64,000 bases of DNA from contig JBMSEL010000001.1 in the NCBI GenBank assembly GCA_049412325.1, positions 15,742 to 79,741 on the forward strand. The letters run 5' to 3'. The stretch comes from Poseidonia sp. GTDB lineage: Archaea; Thermoplasmatota; Poseidoniia; Poseidoniales; Poseidoniaceae. The translations under genes and the position numbers were made by a program. Within the stretch, counting starts at the first letter, position 1; every line of letters begins with the position of its first letter. The notes beneath the pieces were generated by a model, which did not search any database, was not told the origin of the DNA, and saw nothing but the letters and a program-made list of their open reading frames with translations. Shown one piece after another: positions 11,018 through 19,738 of the stretch.

Positions 11018-11025
11018 AATATAAG
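11018..11025 (-). promoter_or_regulatory. TATA box of the tRNA-Arg promoter (CTTATATT on the minus strand)
   Basis: Centred about 26 nt upstream of the tRNA 5' end (10995), which is the canonical archaeal TATA-to-TSS spacing. Confidence 0.55.
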
Positions 11026-11088
11026 CGCGAGGGTGAGCCTCCAGCGGGTGAAGCAAGGGTTCATTGGCGGCGACGCTGTGCTCGCAGC

Positions 11089-11511
11089 ATGGCGGTCGAG
11101 ATTCAACGCACGGTTGAGTTCTCCATGATCGACATGGCCAATGTGGCCTACTATCCACGAATTTTTGATTTGGCTCACAAGGTGTTCGAGCAAGCATGGG
11201 AAGCCATGTGCGATGTGTCCTACCCCTCATTGGTGAACGAGCGAAGAGTAGGGTTTCCAGTGGTGTCCCTTTCCTCAACATTCCATGCACCGCTTCGCTA
11301 CGGGGACATCATCACGGCTTCAGTGGCGATCACATCGATCGGAACGACCTCTGTTGGTTGGTCCTACACGTTCGTCAATCAGCACGATGAAACCGTTTGG
11401 ACGTCGCAGCAAGCCACGGTTTGTGTTGACATGGACACGATGGAAAAACAGCCGATTCCCGACGACTTGCGACCGGGTTTGAATCAGCACCTCGAGGAGG
11501 CGACTTCGTGA
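11089..11511 (+). CDS. hotdog-fold acyl-CoA thioesterase (YbgC / 4-hydroxybenzoyl-CoA thioesterase-like)
   Basis: TVEFSMIDMANVAYYPRIFDLAH..GFPVVSLSSTFHAPLRYGDII..TSVGWSYTF matches the 4HBT pattern. The ORF was trimmed to ATG 11089 because the longer version overlaps the tRNA. Confidence 0.75.
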   Translation: MAVEIQRTVEFSMIDMANVAYYPRIFDLAHKVFEQAWEAMCDVSYPSLVNERRVGFPVVSLSSTFHAPLRYGDIITASVAITSIGTTSVGWSYTFVNQHDETVWTSQQATVCVDMDTMEKQPIPDDLRPGLNQHLEEATS

Positions 11512-12080
11512 GCCCGACAGATTTGGAGGTTCGGCCTGATGAAAAGGGCCCGAAGAACCTCGCCGTCATTCTACTTCTCAGTTCAATCATCGTTGCTGTC
11601 ATGGGTTGGCAGGACTGGCAACTCCACAATGAGGGGTTGACCGATGAACAAATTGAGACGTTCTTGGCCACACCCAACAGCCAACCCGGCGAGCCGACCA
11701 CCCTCGACCAGTACCGGGATTTCGAGACCGATGTCAGGGACAACAACGGCTACCTGGTGCGTGGGATTTCGCTGTTGATTTCATCGCTGTGTTTGCTGGT
11801 TGGTGCGCCCATGCTTTTTCGCTTGCAACGCAACGGGGCGCGACTGTGCTCCATCGGTGCTCTGATCGGCTTGGTGGGAGGTTTGCTGGGTAGCATGACC
11901 ATCAACGATGCTGCGCAGACCCACCTCGGAGACGCCATGAAACTCACGTACGAAATCTGGGTCTACCTCTGCGGTACCACGATGGGCTTGTGTCTTGCCG
12001 TGGCAGCGCTTCCCCTTCTCAACGTGCGGGCCCGCTTGGCGTTGCATCCAAGGGTGGAACTGCATCACGAAGAAGAGTGA
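11508..12080 (+). CDS. hypothetical membrane protein (4 predicted TM helices)
   Basis: The GTG start overlaps the upstream stop (GTGA). SD GAGGAGG lies 7 nt upstream. Hydrophobic segments LAVILLLSSIIVAVMGW, ISLLISSLCLLVGAPMLF, IGALIGLVGGLLG, VYLCGTTMGLCLAVAALPLL. Confidence 0.55.
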   Translation: MSPTDLEVRPDEKGPKNLAVILLLSSIIVAVMGWQDWQLHNEGLTDEQIETFLATPNSQPGEPTTLDQYRDFETDVRDNNGYLVRGISLLISSLCLLVGAPMLFRLQRNGARLCSIGALIGLVGGLLGSMTINDAAQTHLGDAMKLTYEIWVYLCGTTMGLCLAVAALPLLNVRARLALHPRVELHHEEE

Positions 12081-12556
12081 TCGGTCGGCTTTGGCCATTT
12101 TTTGGCCAGCGCCTTTCTCAAATCATCGTCCATGACAGCATTCCACCAATCGCTGCCCTGCCATATGGCGTATTTCCCTCGAATACCGCGCAGGTCAGCC
12201 CCTTCAAACTGACAGTTTCTGAAGTTGGAAAGGTTGAGGCGGGCCTTGCGCAAATCAGCCCCACGAAAGTCCGAACCGTCAAAAGCGGACTTCATCAGGT
12301 CGGCCTCCACCATGGAAGCCCTTCTGAAATCGCAATGCGTAAAATCGCCTTCCGTTAAGTCGGCTCGGTCGAAGATGGTCCGACGAAAGTTGGACCCGGC
12401 ATGCCGCCCTTTTCTGAGGAGTGCTTCGGCATGGTTTTGGAAGGAGTAATCGACCACAACGGCTTGTTCTGCCGTTGAATCATCGTCCCGTGGGTCGCCT
12501 TGTCCACCGCCCGACATCACCATGTAGTCCACCTCAAGCGTTGGATCGCTTGTCAA
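12065..12556 (-). CDS. pentapeptide-repeat protein
   Basis: Tandem A(D/N)LxX pentapeptides: ADLTEGDFTHCDFRRASMVEADLMKSAFDGSDFRGADLRKARLNLSNFRNCQFEGADLRG. Confidence 0.8.
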   Translation of the reverse strand: MTSDPTLEVDYMVMSGGGQGDPRDDDSTAEQAVVVDYSFQNHAEALLRKGRHAGSNFRRTIFDRADLTEGDFTHCDFRRASMVEADLMKSAFDGSDFRGADLRKARLNLSNFRNCQFEGADLRGIRGKYAIWQGSDWWNAVMDDDLRKALAKKWPKPTDHSSS

Positions 12557-13037
12557 GGTGGGCTTGGCCTTCAGGTGTAAGGATTGCGAACCGGTTCTTG
12601 TCGTCTTTCCCGGTTGGAACCATGAGGAAGTTTCGCTCCTTCAAGCGGTTCAGGTAAAGAGAGAGATTCCCGGGCGGGTCAATGCCCGCATCGGTAAACA
12701 AATCATTGACCACACGAGGTGGGCTGTCCTTGATGCCTTCGACGTCTCGCAAGTAATGAATCGCTCCGAGGACCTGATCGGGTTTTCGGGTTAATGCGCA
12801 ATTCTCGAGCAGGGCTCGGAAGGCCGATCCGCGCTCGGGAAGTCCAGCGTCTCTTGCTGCACTCACGGCGGCTTCAAGCGCCGCTTCTCTTGCTTCTCGG
12901 ATGCGTTCGAGCAGCACCGTCCAGGTGTGCTCTGTTTTGGTTTGGAGCAATTGCTCATCAATTTGAATGGCTGCGCCCCCCAGGTCGATCTCAACATCGC
13001 CTGCTTGAATCGTGAGTCTCAATATCCACGCCCTCAA
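12534..13037 (-). CDS. hypothetical protein with a possible C-terminal winged-helix domain; non-ATG (TTG) start
   Basis: 167-aa ORF overlapping the downstream pentapeptide gene by 23 nt. C-terminal LSLYLNRLKERNFLMVPTGKDDKNRFAILTPEGQAHL resembles a MarR/PadR-type wing. The only in-frame start candidates are TTG 13037 or ATT 13046. Confidence 0.45.
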   Translation of the reverse strand: MRAWILRLTIQAGDVEIDLGGAAIQIDEQLLQTKTEHTWTVLLERIREAREAALEAAVSAARDAGLPERGSAFRALLENCALTRKPDQVLGAIHYLRDVEGIKDSPPRVVNDLFTDAGIDPPGNLSLYLNRLKERNFLMVPTGKDDKNRFAILTPEGQAHLDKRSNA

Positions 13038-13167
13038 GGAAAGAATGCATTGTGGTCATTGATAACCTTATGTTGAGAAAAAAAATACATTTTTGTGATG
13101 AAAACAGGGTTCAACAAGGCAAAACCAACTTAAGAGGGGGGGCAACACATCGGGTCGAGGCCTTTCC

Positions 13168-16100
13168 ATGATTCGACGCCAGTTCCTTGGTTTGCTGTTC
13201 GTGTTCTTGTTCCTTGCACCGGCTTGGTCGGTCATGTTTGCACAAGCACAGGGCGGCAACATCACCACCTTTTCTACGGGAAGCGCTAGCGAAACTGTCA
13301 CCGTCACCTCGGGACAACATTCAGCCATTGGATTTCAGTTGAACCGAAACACGACCGTGACCTCTGCTTCCTTCTTCGTCGCACCCTCCATCTCGGGCTC
13401 ATCGGTGGGAACATTGGAACTTCACGCCAACAACGACGGCGCCCCAGAATGGGCGTTCAACGACACGGGCTACGGCCATTTTGGACATCAAAATGTCTTT
13501 GCGTCCGGCAACGCCACGGAGACGCTCTTCATCGACCCGAACGTTGGTGCAATCGCTAACCCCGATGCTCCGTCGTTTTACCTCCCCACTGCGGCCACCG
13601 TTTCCAGCTCAGGATACGATGTCGGCTTTTCGCCCACGTTAACGGGCGGGTATTTCCCGACCGGCTACATTCACGCCGTCGACAAGGGCGACATCAACAA
13701 CGACAACAACACGGACTTCGCCTTGCTCTCCCGAACAGCCAATGTTTCGGTGGGCAACATCACGGCACCTGCCTACACGACGGCAGCCGCCTTCAAGGTC
13801 AGCACCTACGACAACACCACCGGCATCACCTTCTCCTCATGGGAACGCACATGCACCAACGCGACCCGGATTATGGTGGCCGATGTGAACGGCGACACTT
13901 ACGATGATGTGGTCGGTTATGCACCGGCCGACGACCAATTATGCATTCACTTCACGAATTCGACCTCGGGCGGCTTTGAACCCGTTGTTAACGTGACACA
14001 CGCCACCAGCATCATCGACCTTGCCTTCGGAGACTTCACGGGAAACGGTCTGGACGAGATGGTCTCGATTCGCACCAGCGGTGTCGTTCAAGTTGACGCA
14101 TTTAGCAACCGAACCAACACCTTCTCAACCCGAGACTCTGCGACCGTGCAAATCACGGGCACCACCAATCCTGCTACCCTCACCCACATGCTGTTCGCAT
14201 ATTTTGACGGGCCCCAGAACAACCCCAAACTCCTCGCTGCTCAGTCTAACGGCGATGCGAACGAAGTGTTCTGGTCTTCCAGCACGAGTTCCATCGCCAT
14301 CGGAACCAGCACCATCGATGGGGTTGCCTCAGGTTCGGTCGTGGGTGATTTTGACGGCGATCAAGATTTGGACATCGTAGCCCCACGCCCTACCGGCCAT
14401 CGTTCCATTGAAAATCAAGGTAGTCAAGGCTGGGACGGCGACAACCATAATCGCTTGCTCACTTTGACCAACGCCACCATTTTGGATTACGACATGGACC
14501 TCGAGGCTCACCTCCTCGTTCCCAATCAAGGGTCTCCGGATGGAAACCCTGCCACCATCACGGGCAATGTCACCGCCTACGGCTTTACCAGTTCATGGAA
14601 TTCTGCTAACCGAGTGAGTGGCACGGCTTCTGCGGTGTTTGAACCCGGTACGTCCCCGAGGGCCGTCCACTTCGGCGACATGGACGGTGACGGCTCCAGT
14701 GAACACCTCATCCTTGTCGGTGAAGGTTCGCAACACGGCGTGTTCATCTCTGCCTATCACAAGGTCGGGTACGACATGGATCAGGACGGCTTTGCCGATG
14801 TAGAGGCAGAAGGTTATGCTGGAAACGGGAGCAACGGGTTGTCCATGCTGATGATTCAGGACACCACAGGAAATCTCACCACGACGCTCAATGTCCTCAG
14901 CCCGGGTCTGCCCTACACCTCTGACGACTACGGCATCCAGATGGGTTGGGTAAACTTCTCCATGCATTCCCTCACAAAGGGCGATTTCACCTTTAGCGGT
15001 CTGGACATTCGCTACACAGCCGACTTCCTGGTCAACACCAACCCCAGCCTGAGTGGGAACTTGAGCAACGCCCTCAACCAACAGATGACCGCAGGTACGG
15101 GGTCCCTCACCATCCCGATGCAATTCACCACCTCGGCCAACGGAAGTTTCGAGATCCAGAACCCAACGATCGCCTACGTTGACGGTGCGCCCAACATCGC
15201 TCTCCCACCAACTCCCGTGCTCCAACTCTCGGATAGCCAGCCCGACCGCGTGGTCATTGACTGGCAACCCATCACCGAGTTCGGGGACGATTTGCTGGAC
15301 TTCGTGGTGTATCGGTCACCTGCTGGACAAGCCGTTGACCTGCAAAACTCCTACACGACGACACTGGCGAACAACACCATCGATGTCGCTGTTCAACCCG
15401 GTCAATCCTGGACGTATTGGGTGCAGAGCATCCATCGGTTTGGTGTCAGCAGCAATCTTTCGGCGCCGCTCAGCGTCACGGTCCCCTACCCAACGCCCAA
15501 GTCCTACATCCCCAACTTGTCGGCCATCGACGTGGCAGAGGATGACGGCGGTGCCATGGCCATCTCTTGGAGTTCAGGTGATGCATCCATCGTCGAACAT
15601 CTCGTGTATGTCCTCCCGAACGACTTCACGGACGTCGCAGGGCTGGACACCGTCCTCATGGCGAACGCAACGACCACCACTTTGCTGACAGAAGAGGACA
15701 GTACGGGCGCCTCCCTTGTTGATGGATTGGGTTATTACGTGGCCGCTATCGGCGTCGATGTTTACGGCAACGCATCCACCAATGTCACGACCATCGGGCC
15801 GGTCTACACCCGAAACGACACGGCGCTCCCAACCACCCTCGAGGTCGTTTATACGGACTTCTCGGAAAACACCCTTGACGGACTTGTCCTGCTTGCTCGA
15901 TCACAGCCGCTGAACGGGGTAGCACATCTGCACCAAAACGGAACCGGCATCGCTGATGAAACACTGTTGCTGAAGGTCAACGGTCTTGATGAATCGTACA
16001 CGATTGAACTAACCACGAACGAGACCGGCCATGCCGTACTTTCCCTCAACACCCTCTCAGAACTCGGGCCCATCGACGCCGTTGGCCCGATGCACCTCAA

Positions 16101-17523
16101 CATGACGTGGGAAGGCGATGTAGGAAACGCCACCGTCCAACCCCTTGCACCCACGGAGGCCTCAGCCGAAGCCTTCGGAACCGTGGTGGTGTCGCTGGCA
16201 GCAGATCCTTCCTTGGCCGTTGATGATGCTGGGGCGTTTTCCGCCGTCATCGATGTTGTCGCCGAAGAAAGCACGCAAAGCATGTATCTCGCGAACATGG
16301 CGGTGTCTTGGTTCGCCACCGACGTAACCGGAGCAGAGACCGATAACGGTACGGCCGAGGTTCGTGGAAACGAACTTGCCATCGAGGGCACCGGCGCCTA
16401 CGACGGACATTTGGTGGTCAAGCTCGGTACCAGTCCTCCAACCTTCTACCTCCCTGAATTTTCCACATCGTTTGCGTTCGAATCAGCACCCGATGCAGGC
16501 GAAAACGAAACCAACACCACCAACGAAACCAACGGGACCACCGGCCCGACCTTCCCCGATGTCACACTTCGTGCAACCGTGGACTGTGGGACGGCGACCT
16601 TTGAGTGGGACAGCAATGCCACGGACGTTGGCATCACCTGCACGGTCACCAACCCGAACCCCTTCGACGTGATGGTTGGGTTCGCATGGAAGGTCGTCCC
16701 GGGCACGCCACCCGCCATTGAACTGGTCCACAACGAGGCAGATGGCGACACACCATCGCTCACTGCAGAGGCTAACGGTACAGTTGACCTTACGTTCTCA
16801 TTGGTCCGAAACGGCCCTACCGAGGGCATGTTCCCGGGGCTCCAGGGCGAGGGTTACATCGTCTACCTCACCTGTCTTGACCTCGGCGATAACGTCTGCG
16901 ATTCCATGACCGAGGACACGGCATCCACCGAGGGAGAAATTGTCTGGACGCTCGGTGAGATGCCCGAGCAGGTCGTTGACGACGGCCCCATTGAAGACGA
17001 GGCTGAAGGGGCGATGACGCCCGTTTTGGTCGGCATTGGCTTGTTCATCGCCATCGCCGTTGGCGTCGGTGGCGTCCTCTATCTCCGAAGTCGTGGTGAC
17101 TTGGACTTTGACGACGATGAAGAGGATGATGAAGATTACTTCGAGCAAGCCTTGGCTGCTCCCGAGCCATCGACTCGAACCAAGAGCGTTGACCTTGGCA
17201 CCTCCAAATCCCTGGACGAACTCAAAGGTTCAGGCAAATCGCTCCATACCGATGCGCCTGAAGGACTGGCGGCCTCTCCCTCGCTTGGAAGCAGCGCTGA
17301 TGCCTTTGAATTCGGTGCTACCGCAGAAGATGCAATCTCAACCGAAGAGGCAGAGGGTACGGAAGAGGTCCACGACGAAGAGGAAACGTGGGAAGAAGAA
17401 GCCACCGAAGACGACGACGGCATCTCGGTCGACGAGAATGGCACGGAGTGGTGGGAAGACGAGGAAGGCACCTGGTGGTACCGTGAAGAAGGTTGGGAAG
17501 ACTGGGCTGTTTGGGAAGAATGA
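13168..17523 (+). CDS. giant cell-surface protein: signal peptide, FG-GAP/VCBS (integrin-alpha-like) repeats, Fn3/Ig-like modules, C-terminal TM anchor, acidic Trp-rich cytoplasmic tail
   Basis: Signal peptide MIRRQFLGLLFVFLFLAPAWSVMFAQA. FG-GAP-like loops GDINNDNNTDFAL, ADVNGDTYDDVVG, GDFTGNGLDEMV, GDFDGDQDLDIV, GDMDGDGSSEHL. More than 30 NxS/T sequons by eye. TM VLVGIGLFIAIAVGVGGVLYL. Tail ends EWWEDEEGTWWYREEGWEDWAVWEE. Confidence 0.85.
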   Translation: MIRRQFLGLLFVFLFLAPAWSVMFAQAQGGNITTFSTGSASETVTVTSGQHSAIGFQLNRNTTVTSASFFVAPSISGSSVGTLELHANNDGAPEWAFNDTGYGHFGHQNVFASGNATETLFIDPNVGAIANPDAPSFYLPTAATVSSSGYDVGFSPTLTGGYFPTGYIHAVDKGDINNDNNTDFALLSRTANVSVGNITAPAYTTAAAFKVSTYDNTTGITFSSWERTCTNATRIMVADVNGDTYDDVVGYAPADDQLCIHFTNSTSGGFEPVVNVTHATSIIDLAFGDFTGNGLDEMVSIRTSGVVQVDAFSNRTNTFSTRDSATVQITGTTNPATLTHMLFAYFDGPQNNPKLLAAQSNGDANEVFWSSSTSSIAIGTSTIDGVASGSVVGDFDGDQDLDIVAPRPTGHRSIENQGSQGWDGDNHNRLLTLTNATILDYDMDLEAHLLVPNQGSPDGNPATITGNVTAYGFTSSWNSANRVSGTASAVFEPGTSPRAVHFGDMDGDGSSEHLILVGEGSQHGVFISAYHKVGYDMDQDGFADVEAEGYAGNGSNGLSMLMIQDTTGNLTTTLNVLSPGLPYTSDDYGIQMGWVNFSMHSLTKGDFTFSGLDIRYTADFLVNTNPSLSGNLSNALNQQMTAGTGSLTIPMQFTTSANGSFEIQNPTIAYVDGAPNIALPPTPVLQLSDSQPDRVVIDWQPITEFGDDLLDFVVYRSPAGQAVDLQNSYTTTLANNTIDVAVQPGQSWTYWVQSIHRFGVSSNLSAPLSVTVPYPTPKSYIPNLSAIDVAEDDGGAMAISWSSGDASIVEHLVYVLPNDFTDVAGLDTVLMANATTTTLLTEEDSTGASLVDGLGYYVAAIGVDVYGNASTNVTTIGPVYTRNDTALPTTLEVVYTDFSENTLDGLVLLARSQPLNGVAHLHQNGTGIADETLLLKVNGLDESYTIELTTNETGHAVLSLNTLSELGPIDAVGPMHLNMTWEGDVGNATVQPLAPTEASAEAFGTVVVSLAADPSLAVDDAGAFSAVIDVVAEESTQSMYLANMAVSWFATDVTGAETDNGTAEVRGNELAIEGTGAYDGHLVVKLGTSPPTFYLPEFSTSFAFESAPDAGENETNTTNETNGTTGPTFPDVTLRATVDCGTATFEWDSNATDVGITCTVTNPNPFDVMVGFAWKVVPGTPPAIELVHNEADGDTPSLTAEANGTVDLTFSLVRNGPTEGMFPGLQGEGYIVYLTCLDLGDNVCDSMTEDTASTEGEIVWTLGEMPEQVVDDGPIEDEAEGAMTPVLVGIGLFIAIAVGVGGVLYLRSRGDLDFDDDEEDDEDYFEQALAAPEPSTRTKSVDLGTSKSLDELKGSGKSLHTDAPEGLAASPSLGSSADAFEFGATAEDAISTEEAEGTEEVHDEEETWEEEATEDDDGISVDENGTEWWEDEEGTWWYREEGWEDWAVWEE

Positions 17524-17537
17524 GCCACCCGTGAGCC

Positions 17538-17542
17538 TTTTT
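17538..17542 (+). terminator. oligo-T tract downstream of the giant surface-protein gene
   Basis: A T5 run 15 nt after the stop codon. Archaeal terminators are typically oligo-T. Weak evidence. Confidence 0.3.
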
Positions 17543-17558
17543 ACAGGACCCAGATTGG

Positions 17559-18338
17559 ATGAAAACCGGAGCGAGTGATATGGATGCGAATTTGCAATCC
17601 TATGCCTTGGTTCTCCACCAAGATGCCGACCCCCGGACGGGAGGTGTGGCCGTATGCGGCTTCACCACCGCTGGCATGGTGGGCGTCATCTCCACCTCGC
17701 ACATCATCAAAACCCTGGGGCTTCGCCAACTTGGCACGGTCATGCACAAGGATTTCCCGGCTGTAGCACTGATTCATGACGAGGTGCCCAAGCATCCTGT
17801 TCGCGTCTATCAGGGCGACGATATCGGTGTGTTCACTTCTGAAATTCAATTCGGTAACGAAACGGACATCCCCTTCGCAACCACGGTGCTCGAGTGGTTT
17901 ACCAAGGGTGGATTTGAACGGTTGATCATCATTGACGGCCTCACCCGCCCCGACAAAGAACTCAGCACCGGCGAATTGTTCGGCGTGGGTTCCATCCCTG
18001 CCGCACGAGAGCGCCTCAAGCGCCTTGACATCGAACCCATTCAACAGGGCATTGTCTCCGGCATCACCGGTTTCCTCCTTGGCGAGGGCGACCGTCTCGG
18101 CATTGACATCACGGCGCTGCTGTCCGAAGCCAGCCCGATGTACCCCGATGCAAGAGCAGCCGCTCTGGCCGTTGAGGCTGTCAGCGATTTGACCGGGCTT
18201 GAAATTCCTCTCACGGAATTGATCGAAAACGCCCGTTCCATCGAGGACAGTGTCCGGGACATCATCGAAAACGCTTCTCAAATGCTCCCGGCTCCCACCG
18301 AAGACAACATCACGGACATTGACCCGTCCTTTGGTTGA
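17559..18338 (+). CDS. PAC2-family proteasome assembly chaperone paralog
   Basis: VAVCGFTTAGMVGVISTSHIIKTLGL..AVALIHDEVPKHPVRVY parallels the gene at 3821-4624. C-terminus ..DPSFG (Phe instead of Tyr at the HbYX position). The start could also be ATG 17580. Confidence 0.75.
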   Translation: MKTGASDMDANLQSYALVLHQDADPRTGGVAVCGFTTAGMVGVISTSHIIKTLGLRQLGTVMHKDFPAVALIHDEVPKHPVRVYQGDDIGVFTSEIQFGNETDIPFATTVLEWFTKGGFERLIIIDGLTRPDKELSTGELFGVGSIPAARERLKRLDIEPIQQGIVSGITGFLLGEGDRLGIDITALLSEASPMYPDARAAALAVEAVSDLTGLEIPLTELIENARSIEDSVRDIIENASQMLPAPTEDNITDIDPSFG

Positions 18339-18342
18339 TCTC

Positions 18343-19737
18343 TCAATCAGCGAGCAGCGCCCGCACCGTTGTCATCACGACATGGTGAGGAGCATCGGTT
18401 ACGAAAAACGGGTCTACATCAGGAATTCTTGCGGCTGAAAATCCTTCAGCTTGGATGGTGGTAAACAACGCCTCCATCTTTGGAGCCTGGCCGGTACCGG
18501 CCATGTTGGGCAAATCGTCCATGTGGTAGAGGGTGTGTTCACGGCTCATCAAATCGGCAGCGTCGGCGATGTAGCGAACGCTTCGTCGAAGCTCCCTTTG
18601 CGCATACTCTGAATCATCCTCGTTCCAAACCAGCCCCTGTTCGCAATGAGCAGCGAGTTCCTCTTGCGATGGAAAACAGGTCTGTATGGCCCGCTCTTCT
18701 GTCATTCGGCCCGCGATGGAGGCGTCCCAAAGCTCACCTGTCCACATGGGGCCGCTGGCCTTGGCCACCTCTTCAGGAGCGGGGTGTTGCACAAATCGAT
18801 AGGTTCCGTCATCGTTTCGGACCCGCCATCCCATGGATTGGAGGACATCAGAAGCCTCTTCACGGCTGCGACGAACTTTCACGCTCACGCGGACGTGATG
18901 GCCGTCAAAGAGCGCCAAGACGGGCTCAATGCACCTGTCGTGTCGAGCAGCGGTGGTTGCAATCAGGCCGAGAAGCACCCGAACGGCATCATCGTGAGCA
19001 TAACTGTCAACGATGCCTTTGGCACCATAGCGACGTTGCTGAGAGGATGCACTCGATCCGGTCAAGGCCGCTGTGTCAGTGGCGGTCACCTCGAGGAACG
19101 CCATGCGTGAGAGGCCTTGTACAGCGGCATCTAGGAAGTTGACGGGTGAACCGAACGGGTCGAGGTCGACCCACTGGTAGGCTGATTCCATCAAGGCGAT
19201 TCGGGCGTCGCTGTTCATCACAAACAACCCGTTGTGCATGTTGCCGCCCGGCGGGCGCTCGTAGCGGTCGTCTTCCAACGCATGGTCAACATTGGTGGTC
19301 GGAGGGTACCTTTCATGCGCAGCGATGAGCCGGTTGAGGGCCACGCCATCGAGGTCGTTGGCTGCGATTCTCAGCCGTTGTTGGTACTCAGCAGGAACTT
19401 CGTTTCGCCACCGGCGAACGCGAACACCCGTCGCACACAACGCATCCAAAGCCCGAAGGTCATGGCCGGGTTTGACCAACCAGTCATGCTCCAGTGCATC
19501 TGCAAGCAGGAGCACTGACCGGGTTCGAGCGGGTGCCATGGCGGGGTTGAGAAAACCCGGACCCGTGCGTTTGGCAGGGCCACGCGGCATGTGGGTGGGT
19601 CGTTCTTGGTCGGCGTTCAATTGGACCAGTGTCTTTCCTTCCATCCACAGGTGACCGTCGCGCTCGGCTGGAGCAGAACCGTCGGCCATGCCCTTGCCAG
19701 CGCTCTCTCCCTCATGACCACACCGATGCGAACGCAC
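18343..19737 (-). CDS. trm1: tRNA (guanine26-N2)-dimethyltransferase Trm1
   Basis: GFLNPAMAPARTRSV (FYNP..RD-type motif) and DLDPFGSPVNFLDAAV (Trm1 signature). The true start may be ATG 19689 or 19644 (MEGKTLVQL), as the longest ORF abuts the purM stop. Confidence 0.85.
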   Translation of the reverse strand: MRSHRCGHEGESAGKGMADGSAPAERDGHLWMEGKTLVQLNADQERPTHMPRGPAKRTGPGFLNPAMAPARTRSVLLLADALEHDWLVKPGHDLRALDALCATGVRVRRWRNEVPAEYQQRLRIAANDLDGVALNRLIAAHERYPPTTNVDHALEDDRYERPPGGNMHNGLFVMNSDARIALMESAYQWVDLDPFGSPVNFLDAAVQGLSRMAFLEVTATDTAALTGSSASSQQRRYGAKGIVDSYAHDDAVRVLLGLIATTAARHDRCIEPVLALFDGHHVRVSVKVRRSREEASDVLQSMGWRVRNDDGTYRFVQHPAPEEVAKASGPMWTGELWDASIAGRMTEERAIQTCFPSQEELAAHCEQGLVWNEDDSEYAQRELRRSVRYIADAADLMSREHTLYHMDDLPNMAGTGQAPKMEALFTTIQAEGFSAARIPDVDPFFVTDAPHHVVMTTVRALLAD

Positions 19738-19738
19738 C

